A DNA stretch of 64,000 bases from assembly GCA_030390025.1 (NCBI GenBank), contig CM059433.1:2356001-2420000 (forward strand), in the 5' to 3' direction. The DNA comes from Squalus acanthias. Lineage: Eukaryota. Position numbers and translations under genes: made by a program. Below the pieces are notes generated by a model. It was not told the origin of the DNA. It was given only the letters and a program-made list of their open reading frames with translations, and did no database searches. Shown here piece after piece: positions 48,983 through 60,881 of the stretch (positions within the stretch are counted from its first letter, which is position 1; the number at the start of each line of letters is the position of its first letter).

Positions 48983-49181
48983 AGAAATATAAACAGAAAA
49001 TGCTGGAAACACTCAGCGGGTCAGGCAGCATCTGTGAAGAGAGAAACACAGTTAACGTTTCAGGTCGGTGATCTTTCACCAGAACTGGAAAATGTTACAA
49101 GTGTAACAGGTTTTAAGCTGTTTAAGGTTTTTATCTGTTTATATTTCAGATTTCCAGCATCCGCAGTATTTTGTCTTTGTA
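48983..49181. mobile_element. Small Penelope terminal-repeat insert with a 12-bp TSD and a decayed hammerhead
   Basis: TSD TTAGGATTTATA at 48971-48982 and 49182-49193; the minus-strand core reads CTGGTGA...GAAACGTT. Confidence 0.82.
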
Positions 49182-49194
49182 TTAGGATTTATAT

Positions 49195-49338
49195 AGAAGC
49201 ATAGAAGATAGGAGCAGGAGTAGGCCATTCGGCCCCTCGAGCCTGCTCCGCCATTCAATGCGATCATGGCTGATCATCCAAATTCAGTACCCTGTCCCTG
49301 CCTTCTCCCCATATCCCTTGATCCCTTTAGCCTTAAGA
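49195..49338 (-). mobile_element. CR1 3'-end fragment
   Basis: Near-identical to the 8738 tail. Confidence 0.88.
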
Positions 49339-49809
49339 GCCTTGTAAGAATTGGACTAGCAGACTAGAGTAGCTCTTGACTTTGTGCGATAGTGTAAAAT
49401 GAGTGATAGCAAGTCGGCAGCCCGTTTTACATGTCTCCCGATTTTTATTTCCATTGAAGAAAAATCCAGGTCAGATTGACAGGCCAAACGTCTCCTCTTT
49501 CTGCTGTCAATTAGTTTGGGTAGTCTCAACCCAGTTCCTAGCGGGTGTGGGACCACAGCACAAAACATTCTCGAATTTTGTGCTACGTTCCACTAAAGAG
49601 AGCCACAGGGTGGCCAGTGTGGGAAGCAGGAATGTGACTCTGGTGCAGTAGGAGGTGATCCTCAAGCCCGACCTTCAGAAGTACATTATTGGGGCCGAGG
49701 GTTGCTGGTAAATGCTTAGTTTTCTGCTGCTCATTTGTTCCTCATTCATACTTGCCAACTAAATAAAACGCTTTTGATTTGTTAATTTTTTTGTTAAATT
49801 GAGACTGAT

Positions 49810-50108
49810 TTCGGATGAGACTTTAAACCAAGGTCTCGTCTGCCCTCTCTGGTGGATGGGAAAGATCCCTTGGCACTATTTCGAAGAAGAGCAGGGGAGT
49901 TTTCCCTGGTGTCCTGGCCAATATTTATCCCTCAATCAACATCACTAAAAATTATCTGGTCATTATCACATTGCCGTTTGTGGGAGCTTGCTGTGCGCAA
50001 ATTGGCTGTCGCGTTTCCTACATTCCAACAGTGACTACACTTCAAAAGTACTTCATTGGCAGTCGTGAAAGGCGCTGTAGAAATGGGCAAAGTCTTTATT
50101 TTTTTCTT
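49810..50108 (+). mobile_element. Deu-domain/SacSINE1-like SINE, 3' half
   Basis: Homologous to 35630-35867 plus 41206-41275. Confidence 0.85.
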
Positions 50109-51229
50109 TTGATTTATGACATAACTAAGTCTCAATTTAAGTCCATCATGAATTTTTGCCCTATGGATGTGAGACGCCTGAGATCTGATACCCTGAACTG
50201 TGATACTTCCAGATGTCTCACCTTTGAAAGGTATGATGTAATGGACAGGCCCCAGATGCAAGACTTTCAATTATGCAGCTAGATAAATTAGTCAAATGTT
50301 TGGATGTTTCCATGTGCTTTTTATTACTGATATGGTTTATATTAGTTTTAGGATGTGAAGCATAGCTTTGAGTGGAAAATTGGTACCTCAGATTTTCTTA
50401 TCTACCGCTTCAGATTTCACCAACAGATATCTGTAGAATTTGCCAAAATTCCCATGTTTCCATGAACTCTGATCATTACTATCGATTCAAATCAACTTGA
50501 GTCCAAAAATTCCAATGTGCCTGCTTTTGGTATTCACCAGGAGAGCAGGTCGCAAATTGTGCAAGGCCAGCCTACGATTTGCCATCTACTAAAGTTATGG
50601 GAGGCAAGTCATGGGGTGGGAGTGCACGATCTTGCGATACACATTCCTGGCATACACCAAATGCGGGAACATTGGAATATTTACTCCGACATGTCCATGT
50701 TCCCATATCTTCTGTATTTTATCGGAAAAATGCCATGCATTAAATTACTGGAAGGAAAGTTGATTACCTCTAAGAGAGAGAGAGAGAGAAAGAAAACAAA
50801 AGAGAATGAGTGTGTGTGTGAGAGAGAGAGGATGAGAAATAGAGAGAGGTTTGCTGTTATTAATGGTCTGTAAATCAATTGTGATTTTAAAACTGGAGCA
50901 TTGGAGGCTGTGTGAAACAGAGGAGGATGGATATGTGTCTAATACAATAGGCACCATAAAACTAGCTGTTTTCAATGTTTGAAGTCCCATTACAGAAATG
51001 GTATTAAAGCGGGTTAATGAGGTACTGCAGCCTCAACCAACCATAGGTATTGTATTTACTGTTTAGCAAAATCACCATTTCATTGCTTCTACACTTCACT
51101 TGCTGCGTAATCACTCACGAGGACGCTTGAGAAAATGCAAGAAGAGCATCTGGGAAATACAGGAAAGAAAGAAAAGCCTAAAGGAAATTGTGAGTGGGAT
51201 CTGGGAGCAGTGATGGCTCTTGTTTCTTA

Positions 51230-51763
51230 TTTTACTCACCTGTGACAGGTAGATTGGTGAAGACGAGGTCAAGTAGATTTTTCCCTTGTGTTGGTTCTCT
51301 CACCACCTGCCCAGTCTGGCAGTTATGTTCTTCAGGACTCGGCCAGCTTGATTGGCATCCCATCCAGCACCTAAAACATTCACTCCCTCCACCACCAGCG
51401 CACCGTGGCTGCAGCATGTGACACACTGTAGCAACTCGCCAAGGCTTCTTCGGCAGCACCAAACCCGCAACCTCTACCACCTAGAAGGACAGGGGCAGCA
51501 GGCGCATGGGAACACCACCACCTGCAAGTTCCTCTTCAAGTCACAAGTCACACACCATCCTGACTTGGAAGTATATCTCCGTTCCTTCATAGTCACTGGG
51601 TCAAAATCCTGCAACTCCCTTCCCAACAGCACTGTGGGAGTACCTTCACCACACAGACTGCAGCGGTTCAAGAAGATGGCTCACCACCACCTTCTCAAGG
51701 GCAATTAGGGATCGGCAATAAGTGCTGGCCTTGCCAGCGAAGCCCACATCTCATGAATGAATT
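51230..51763 (+). mobile_element. Fragment of the 17288-type LINE with an inverted 5' piece
   Basis: 51350-51763 matches the 3' end of the 17288 element on +; 51230-51345 encodes APE residues QVVREPTQGKNLLDLVFTN on -. Confidence 0.75.
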
Positions 51764-51829
51764 GGGAACTCCACTGCCCATATCCCATCAATCAGAAAAC
51801 CATCCATTTACCCCTACATTCTCTTCATG

Positions 51830-52073
51830 CTAAACCTTTATAAATCACTGGTTAGACCTCAGCTGGAGTAGTGTGTACAATTCTGGGCAACACTCCACAC
51901 TTTAGGAAGATGTCAAAGCCTTGGAGAGGGTGTATAGGTGGTTTACTAGAATGGTACCAGGGATGAGGGACTTCAGTTATGTGGAGAGATGAGAGAAGCT
52001 GGAATTGTTATCCTTAGAGCAGAGAAGGTTAAGGGGAGATTGAATAGAACTGTTCAAAATTCTGAAGGATTTT
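51830..52073 (+). mobile_element. CR1 ORF2 C-terminal fragment
   Basis: Degenerate YKSLVRPQLE...LEQRRLRGD coding sequence. Confidence 0.8.
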
Positions 52074-52677
52074 AGAATCATAGAAACTTACAACACAGAA
52101 GGAGGCCATTCAGCCTGTCGTGCCCATTCTGGTTCTTTGAAAAAGCAGTCATGCTTAGTCCCACAACCCAGCTTTTTGTCTGTAACCCTTTAAGTTCCTC
52201 ATCCTCAAATACTTGTCCAACTCCCTTTTAAAAATATTTAAGGAATCAGCTTCCACCACCTTTTCAGGTAGAGCATTCCAGGTCCCGACAACTCTCTCAG
52301 TGAAAACATTTCTCCTCCTCTCCCCTCTAGATCTTTTGCCAATGATTTTGAATCTATGACCTCTGGTTATTGACCCACTCGCCAGAGGGAATAGTTTTTC
52401 TCTCTCTACTCGATCAAAACCTCATCTAGAAAACCTCTATTAGGTCACCTCTTAACCTTCTCTGTTCCAAGGAGAACAGTCCGAACTTTTCCAACCTCTC
52501 CCCATAACTGAAGTCCCTCATCCCTGGGAACATCCTGGAAAACCTCCTCTGTACCCTTTCTAAGGCCTTTACATCTTTCCTGAAGTGTGGGGCCCAGAAT
52601 TGTCCACAATACTCCGGCTCAGGCCTAACCAGTGATTTATAAAGGTCGAGCATGATCGCTTTGCTTTTATATTCTAT

Positions 52678-53572
52678 GGGGGAGATATTCGGTATCGCCC
52701 CGTTTGGGGCGCAATTATCGGCCGGGCGCAAAGTTTAGCGCCTGGCGCTAATTATCGTCTCCGACTGCAAACTTGGCTTCTATCGCCCCTGGAGGTGATT
52801 GGAGCATTAAATCAGGCGCTTCACACCTCTCTTAAGGCACTAATGCCGAGGAGCGAGGCGCTACCTCAGAGCGCTGGCGAAGCTCATGTGATGTCAGTCA
52901 GCAATGGAACACAGACACACTGGCGCCAGCCAGTTCTTAAAGGGGAGTGTCGATCTTGCTCTCCATCCACATCCTGCTCATTGCAGCCTTGAATCTCGGC
53001 CTGGACAGACCTGTACATCAAATCTACAGGAAAGAACAATGGAGAGGCCCAGGGAAAGAGCTCAGAGTGCAGCCCCCACAGTCTCTTCTAAATCGATGCA
53101 AGGAAGGTCAAATCAAAATGATTCTGCAAAGTGCTGCTCAGTACCCAAAACTCCTTCACACACCGTTGAATCTCTCCAGAAGTCTCACTCTCTCTCTCTC
53201 AGAATGCATGGTTCAAAAATGTCACCGACAAAAAATAGGCAGGAAGCTGTCGCCTTTAAATAGCACTCCCCCAGTCCCTTCATGACTGCAAAACGCTCCC
53301 CTCAACCTGTCATTGCTAGCAGCAGGCGGTAAGGCAGGGGGCGCCACTCAATATCCGGTCCAGGGCGATACCAGGGCATTGCACGCTTGACTGACGTCAC
53401 GATCTGCCGGCGTAGGAGATCGTGGCGGTAGTGTTTACCGCCGCCGCAAAATGTCTGGTCAATTTTGCGAGCGGCGCAAACATCGCCATGCCTGGGCGCT
53501 AGTTGCTTTGCGCCCCATTAGCGCCATCTTAGGGCGCTAACGGGAGGCGCAAAGCAACTGAATTTTTCCCCC
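52678..53572. mobile_element. 895-bp internal-deletion derivative (MITE) of the 44660-48802 Harbinger family
   Basis: Left part matches 44660-45050 and right part matches 48278-48802; TIRs GGGGGAGATATTCGGT / ACTGAATTTTTCCCCC; flanks TAT / AAT. Confidence 0.93.
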
Positions 53573-54355
53573 AATGCCTCTATTCATAAACCCAAGTAAC
53601 CCACATGCTTTTTTAACCACCTTATCAAATTGCCCTGCCACCTTTAAGGATTTGTGTATATGGACATCAAGGTCTCTCTGCTCATTTACACTTTTCAAAA
53701 TCGTGCCATTTATAGCATACTGTCTTTTCACATTAGTCCTCCCAAAGTGCATCACTTCACACTTCTCCGCATTGAATGCCATCTGCCATGCTTCTGCCCA
53801 TTTCACCATCCTGTCTGTGTCATCCTGAAGTCTATAACTATCCTCATCACTATTTAGTACTTTGCAAAGTTTCGCATCATCTGCAAACTTTATAATGCTG
53901 CTCCGTACATCCGAGTCTAAGTCATTTATAAAATTTGAAAAGAGTAATCCACCCAAATCTGACACTTGGAAAACACCACTGCAAACCACCTCCTGGTCTG
54001 AAAAACATCCATCCATCACACTCCTGTATCCAATGAGGATTGAAAGATTGTGACCAATGCCTCTGCTATTTCTACCTTTGCTTCTTTCAGCAACCCAGGA
54101 TCCATTCCATCCGGACCAGGCGACTTAGCAACTTTCAGTAATGCTAATCTTTTTAGTACGTCTTCTCTATTACTATCCTGTCCATAACTACCCTCTCCTC
54201 TTTTAGTGTAACCTTCACATCATCCACTTCCTTTGTGAAGACAGATGCAAAGTACTCATTTGATACTTTAGCCATGTCCTCTGCCTCTACATGAGAATTT
54301 CCCTTTGGGTCCTTAATAGGCCCAACTTTTCTCTAGCTAACCTCTTACACTTTAT

Positions 54356-56636
54356 GGTCTAGAAATTCATTAGCCCCTGAAAATGGGTGCAAGGATCGCG
54401 ATGTGCGAGCAACCCGCGCCCGTTCATGGGAATGCAGGCAGCACGCAAACTTTGTGCTGCCTGCTGATTATCATGATTGCGGCGTTCAGGCCAGTGCTGA
54501 ACGCGCTGCTGAGTGGCTGAACGCTCAGCAGGGGGCCCAAGTTCGTGCGAGGCTAGCACCACTTACAGCTAGCCTGCACTATTTAAAGGCAGTCTGCACC
54601 TCTTAAAGGGGAGGTGCATTCTGCCTGCAGCAGCTCATTGAACTTGCAGGGGAAGAGCGTGAGAGGAGGAGAAAAGAAAAATTATGCCGCAACAGGGGAG
54701 AAAGCGTGCGCCTAGGTCTCCGCTGCAGAACTGGAGGCCTTGGTGCAGGAGGTCAAATCGAGGAGAGAGGTGCTGTTCCCACAGGGGGCCAAGAGGCCCT
54801 CCAGGCAACAGTGTAAAGTCCAATGGGAGCAGACAGCCAACAGTTTATCCCCGAGGACCTGCAGTGCAGGAAAAGTTTAATGACCTTACCTGAGTGGTAA
54901 AGGTAAGTGAATTAATCTTCAAATGCCATATCCCACCACCTGCACCACAAGCCTCACACACCACTCAATGCACCACACCCCCATCAATCACCGACCAGCA
55001 ATCTCCAGCTATCACCACTCACACCTCACAATCATAGCTTCACCTCACCCTCACACACTTACCACTGCTGCAACACTCACACCCACCTCTCACACCTTGC
55101 ACACACTATCAGCTATTCTACCATGACAGGCATATCACCCAAACACATTGTACTGCACTCACCGACACACTTCCTCTCTCCTGCAGGAAAAGGTGGCTCA
55201 CAACCAGCGCCAGCAGGACCTAACCGACAGGGGGCAGGTGCGCCTGCATAACCTCACTCTCATGCAGGAGACGGTGCTGGCCATTCTTGGGGGGGGGGCG
55301 GGGGGAGGCATCGCTGAGCCCGTGGTTAGCAGTGTGGCTGAAAGAATACAAGATGCCAGTAACCTCATACATAATCCTCCTTCTCACATCCCACTTCCCC
55401 CTCATCCCACAATCTCTTCTGATTTACAAGCTGCACATAGTGTAAGCATGCACCTCATGCTTTCCCCTCCTCCCCTCTTCTAGGCCCAGAGCTGCTCAAG
55501 ATTATCCTCCAAGGCCATCTGCAGTCTCCCCCACTGAAAGTCAGCAGCCTTCTACCAGCCATGCTGCAGCCACTGGGGTAGCACTGCGTAGGAGCATTGG
55601 ACAGGCAAAGGCACACTGAAGACAGGCACTAAGGGAATGCACAAGGGTGATTAGTTGACTTTGTTATGTAATATTGGATGGATTGATGTATAAAGTTGGA
55701 TTGGAATGTTTCTTTTGTGGTGGCTTTTATTTCAGCATTGTGGCCAAGAGGACGCTGTGATGGTCAGTAACAGAGGGAAGGTAAGGTGTGGAACTGTTGT
55801 TGAAAGTGGAATTGGGGTTGTGTTTACTGGTACCGCAGTCGGATGAGTTTATCACACACTCTGGTGAGTACTGCAGGGATCCTCCAGACCGGTACAGGCA
55901 GTGGAAGCGTTGTTTAAGGATGCCAATGGTCTGCTTTATCAGATTCCATGTGGCAGTATGGCTCTCATTGTACGCATGCTGCCCACGTGTGGTTGGGTTG
56001 CGGAGCGGAGTCATGAGCCAGTTGGTCAGCGGATAGTCGTTGTCACCCAGTAGCCATCCTCTGGTTTGTCGTGGTCGCTCAAAGACTGAGGAAACAGCGG
56101 ACTGGTGTGGAATAAAAACATCATGACTGCTGCCAGGATACCAGGCATTCACCATCATGATGTGCTGAGCATGGTCGCACATCAACTGCACATTCAGAGA
56201 GAGGTAACCTTCGCAGTTACGGTACATCACAGCATTTTGATGCGGCGCTCACAAAGCTGCGTGCGTGCAGTCGATGGCGCCCTGCATCATGGGGAAGCCC
56301 GCTATCCTGGCAAAGCCACATGCATGCTCTGCCTGCTTTCCTCTGGTCAGAGAGAAGACAATGAAGTCCCCTCTCCTGGGATAAAGAGCATCAGTCACCT
56401 CCCTTATGCAGCAGTGGACAGCGAACTGGGAGATGTTACAGATGTCGTCTGCCCCAGCGTGGAAGGATTCCGATGCGAGGAAATTCAGGGCCACAGTTAC
56501 CTTCACAGCCACTGGCAGCGCTGTCCTTGCCCCGGAGTGAGGCTGCAGGTCTAGTTGCGAGAGGTGGCAGAGTTCTGTGAGCACCTCCTTCGTAAAGCGC
56601 AGACGCCTCACACACTGCTCCTGGCTCAGGCTGAGG
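54356..56636. mobile_element. Decayed Harbinger element of another family: Myb/SANT remnant (+) and transposase pseudogene (-), right end lost
   Basis: ORFs 56249-56611 and 55727-56230 carry GAIDCTH, YPGSSHD and LLGDNDY; Myb exons at about 54683-54902 and 55187-55358. Confidence 0.9.
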
Positions 56637-57426
56637 TTTCAGTTTAATGTTGGCTGCTAATCTTTTCTTGTAACCTCTCTTTGCCTCCCATTATTAACTT
56701 TTTCAATTCCCTCCTGCACTTTCCGTAATCTTCCTGGTTATTAAATGAATCTTGCTCCTGACATTTATCATCAGCCTCCTTTTTCTGTTTTATTTCAACT
56801 TTTATTTCCTTTGTCATCCAAAGCGCATTAGCTTTGGATGCTCTACCTTTTCCCTTCAAAGGAATCTGCCTAGTTTGTGCCTGAACAATCTCTTCGCTGA
56901 ATGTCCTCCATTGCTCCGTTACTGCTTTACCCTGCAATGGCCTTTTCCAATCTGTCTGTGCTGGGTCCCTTCTTAAATCACTGAAATTAGCTCTTTCCAG
57001 TTGAACATTTTTACTTTCGCTATTTTCTGGTCTCTTTCCAAAATTACTGTAAACCGAATGATGTTGTGGTCAGTGTTAGCGAGATGATCTCCGACTGTAA
57101 CACACTCCACTTGTCCTACTTCATTTCCAAAACCAGATCCAACACTGCTTCCTTCCTTCTTGGACTGGAGACATATTGATCGAGAAAGTTCTCCTGTACA
57201 CATGTCAGAAATTCCTCGCCTTCTCTACCCTTAGCACTGTGTTTTTTTCCCAGTCTATATTAGGGTAATTAAAGTCTCCTAATATTACTACTTTATTTTG
57301 TTACACACCTTTGAAATTTGCCAACAAATTTGCTCATCTATCTCCCTCTCACTGTTTGAAGTTCTATAAAAAAAACTCCCAGCAATGTGACAGCTCCCCC
57401 TCTGTTCCTCAACTCAAGCCAAATAG

Positions 57427-57529
57427 TGAGAAGTCGCACAACACCAGGTTATAGTCCAACAGCTTTATTTGAAATCACAAGCTTTCGGAGCGTTGCTCCT
57501 TCGTCAGGTGAAGTGAAGAAATGCAAATG
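57427..57529 (-). mobile_element. Penelope terminal fragment, same family as 30842-31061
   Basis: Matches the left arm of the palindrome; flanked by CAAATAG (57420-57426, 57530-57536). Confidence 0.85.
57475..57511 (-). ncRNA. Minimal type I hammerhead ribozyme motif, intact
   Basis: Reverse strand reads TCAC-CTGACGA-A-GGAGC-AAC-GCTCC-GAAA-GC-TT-GTGA. Confidence 0.85.
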
Positions 57530-58847
57530 CAAATAGATTCAGTCCTCGAACCATCTAGCATATCCTGTCTATTTAGAACTGTAACATCATGTTTAATCAA
57601 TACTGCCACGCCCCCTCCTCCTTTTTACTTCTCTATCATTCCTGAATACTTGGCAACCAGGAATATTAGGAATCCATTCCTGACCTTGTTTGAGCCATGT
57701 CTCCGTTAATACAAACATGTCATAATCCCATGTGGCAACCTATGCCTGCAGCTCACCAAACTTATTAGTTACACAATGGACATTGACAACTTAATACCTC
57801 CTTCGTCACTTTCGCTATTTTCCTCAATCTGGTCCCCGGGCTGTTTCTAATGTTACTGGTGTTTATATCGCTCTATCCTCTGAACTCATTGCGCTTCCGT
57901 TCTGCTATTTTCTGGTGCCCCTCCCCCTGCCAAATTAGTTTACGCCCTCCCCAACAGTACCAGCCAACCTCTCAGCGAGAACATTGGACCCGGCTCTGTT
58001 CAGGTCCAACCCGTCCATCTTTTTACAGGTGCCCCTTCCCCCAGAACCGGTCCCAATGCCCCAGGAATCTGAAACCACTCAGAGGGTGGTGAACCTGTGG
58101 AATTCTCTACCACAGAAGGCTGTGGAGGCCAAGTCACTGAATATATTTAAGAAGGAGATAGATAGATTTCTAGACACAAAAGGCATCAAGGGGTACGGGG
58201 AGAGAGTGGGAATATGGCATTGAGATAGAGGATCATCCATGATCATATTGAATGGCAGAGCAGGCTCGAAGGGCCGAATGGCCGACTCCTGCTCCTATTT
58301 TTCTGTTTCTAACCCTCCCTCCTGCAGCACGTCTCCGGTCACGCATTTACCTGCACTATCTACTGTTTCTGTACTCACTAGCACGTGGCACTGGGAGTAA
58401 TTCTGAGAGTACTACCTTTTGAGGTCCTGTTTTTTCATCCTTTTCCTAGCTCCTGAAACTGCATGAAGGGCCTCAACACTTTTTCTACCTATTTCATTGG
58501 TTCCAACAAATGGACCACGACTTCTGGCTGTTCTCCTTCCCCTTGCAGAATGTCCTGCACCTGCTCGGTGATATCCGATACCCTGGCACCAGGGAGGCAA
58601 CATACCATTCGGGAATTATGTTTGCGGTTACAGAAACTCCTGTCGATGCCCCTAACTATCAAATACCCAAATGACTACTGCATTTCTACTCTTTATTTTT
58701 CCCTTATGTGCAGTCAAAGCTCCCACGGCCGGAGATTTGATTCGTACTGCATTCCCCCAAGGAGAAGTCACCTTCCCTGGTATTCAGAACTGAAAACTGA
58801 TTAGTGAGTGCTGGAGGATTCCTGCACTTAACTGTGTTATCCTCCTG

Positions 58848-59020
58848 CCCTGTCTGGTGGTCACCCACTCCCTCACCTCCTACCCTGTCTGGTAGTCACC
58901 CACTCCCTCACCTCCTACCCTGTCTGGTAGTCACCCACTCCCTCACCTCCTACCCTGTCTGGTAGTCACCCACTCCCTCACCTCCTACCCTGTCTGGTGG
59001 TCACCCACTCCCTCACCTCT
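58848..59020. repeat. 35-bp tandem repeat, about 5 copies, inside CR1 ORF1
   Basis: Unit CCCTGTCTGGTAGTCACCCACTCCCTCACCTCCTA. Confidence 0.93.
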
Positions 59021-59733
59021 TGCGCCTTCTGTGGCAGTGGGATGACCACCTCCTGGAACATACGATCCTGGAAACTCTGAGACTTCTGAATGCACTGTAG
59101 TGCTGCCAGCTGCTTTAAGCTCCGAAACTCAGAGCTTGAGCTCGAGCAACTGGAGGCTCTTCCTGCACACATGGCTGTCCAGGAGGCATGAAGTCTAAGA
59201 CACTGACTGACCTCTAAAAATTTGAGATACTAAAATAGGAACAAACTTAACTAAAAACACTGGAACTGATATCTATCAATCTAAAACACAATGGAAACTA
59301 CCATCAAGTGAATCATCAACAACAGTAAAACAAAAACGATTTGATTAAGCAAACTAATAAACCAACACTTACCTGTTCCCCAGCAATCCTCTCCCTCTGC
59401 GGCAATGCCATCACTTTTGAATTTCTTTCTCACTGTTCCGCATTCAGCTGACTTACCCTCAGGCTCACTCTCTCTGCGCTCACTGGCTCTCTCTGCTCTC
59501 ACTGAATCTCTGCTCTCACTGAACCTCTGCTCTCACTGAATCTCTGCTCTCACTGAATCTCCGCTCTCACTGGCTCTCGCCGCTCTCACTGACTCTCTGC
59601 CGCCAGTTCTCCCACTTTTATCTGCTGGCCTATGGGGAAAGAACAGGGGAGTGGGACTAATTGGTAGCTCTTACAAAGAGCTGGCACAGGCGTGATGGAT
59701 TGAATGGCCTCCTTCTGTGCTGTAAGATTCTAT

Positions 59734-60852
59734 GGCCTAGAAATTGGATATAGCCACGAAACGGGCAGTGTTAAGGCCTAACAATGTTAAGCTGCGCCAC
59801 CTCAAAATGGCCTAGGTAGCACGAAAAATTCATGCCCAGTCCTCATTAACATGATTATATTCTTGATTTCAGCGCTAAAACTGCTGCTCTTTGGCTTAAC
59901 CCTCAACAGGTGGACCAATATCGGGGCCAGTCTAATTCCCAGTCATGGGTGACACAGGCTTTTTCCACTACTTAAAGGGGAGGTGCATTGATGCTACAGC
60001 ACCTCATTGTCTAGCCAGTTGGAACTGCAGCTTCCAGAAGAAGAAGAAGAAGAAGAAGAAGAAGAAGAAGAAGAAGAAGAAGAAGAAGAAGGAACCGCAA
60101 AGTGTCCTTGAAGGGAGAGAGCCCGGAGATTTTCTGACGCGGCTCTGGAGGCACTGGCTGTGGCCGTGGAGAGGAGGTGGGCTGTCCTCTTCCCATACAC
60201 TGGAAGGAATCCCTCACCACATACCTCGCGAAGGCTGTGGCAGGAGATAGCCGCCCATGTGACGGCCAGCACTGTGGTGCCAAGGTCGGAGATCCAGTGC
60301 CAAAAGAAGTTTAATGACCTCACACGAGTAGTCAAGGTGAGTGAAGGCTTCAGAAAATGCCATATCACACCATCTGCACCACAAGCCTCACACACTGCTC
60401 AATGCACCACACCCCCAGCACTCACCCACCAACAATCTCTACCTATCACCACTCACACCTCACAATCGTGGCTTCACTTCACCCTCACAACCTCACCACT
60501 GCTGCAACACTCATACCCACATCTCACACCTTGCACACACTGACAGCTATTCAACTACAGCAGGCACATAACCCAAACACATTGCACCACACTCACTCAG
60601 ACCAGGCCAAGGTCGCGCATAACCACTGGCAGCAGCGGCAGACAGGCGGGGGGCAGCTGAAGGAGAGAGTTCTGGACATAATCGGATGGCAGATTGTAGA
60701 GTCCAAGGTAACCGGCAAGGTTGAACCACTTGGCGACAACAACGGTCTGGCCATTCCTAATCCTTCTTCTTACATTGCACTTTCCCCTCATCCCACAATC
60801 TCTTCTCACTATCAAGCGACTGATGCTGTATGCATGGATATCTGGCTTCCCA
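59734..60852 (+). mobile_element. Left part of a Harbinger element with Myb/SANT exons 1-2
   Basis: Terminus GGCCTAGAAATT; RARRFSDAALEALAVAVERRWAVLFP...QCQKKFNDLTRVVK|gtgagt; exon 2 AKVAHNHWQQRQTGGG. Confidence 0.85.
60037..60090 (+). repeat. (GAA)18 microsatellite
   Basis: Perfect trinucleotide run. Confidence 0.97.
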
Positions 60853-60881
60853 GTGTCAGCTGTGGCTCAGTGGGTAGCACT
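60853..60881 (+). mobile_element. 5' head (A box) of a Deu/SacSINE1-like SINE, cut by the Tx1 element
   Basis: GTGTCAGCTGTGGCTCAGTGGGTAGCACT matches the SINE starts at 35481 and 10040 (-). Confidence 0.75.

Larger units (their letters stand above)
52074..59620 (-). mobile_element. Decayed, near-full-length CR1 carrying four nested insertions
   Basis: 3' tail at 52074, RT at 52426-54355, APE at 56640-57720, esterase ORF1 remnant at about 58320-59170, 5' UTR with 16-bp repeats at 59475-59600; inserts at 52678, 54356, 57427 and about 58078-58310. Confidence 0.85.

Noticed and set aside
59945..60395. Poly-Lys, poly-Ser and poly-Leu ORFs
   Set aside because: Produced by the (GAA)18 run within a Harbinger remnant.
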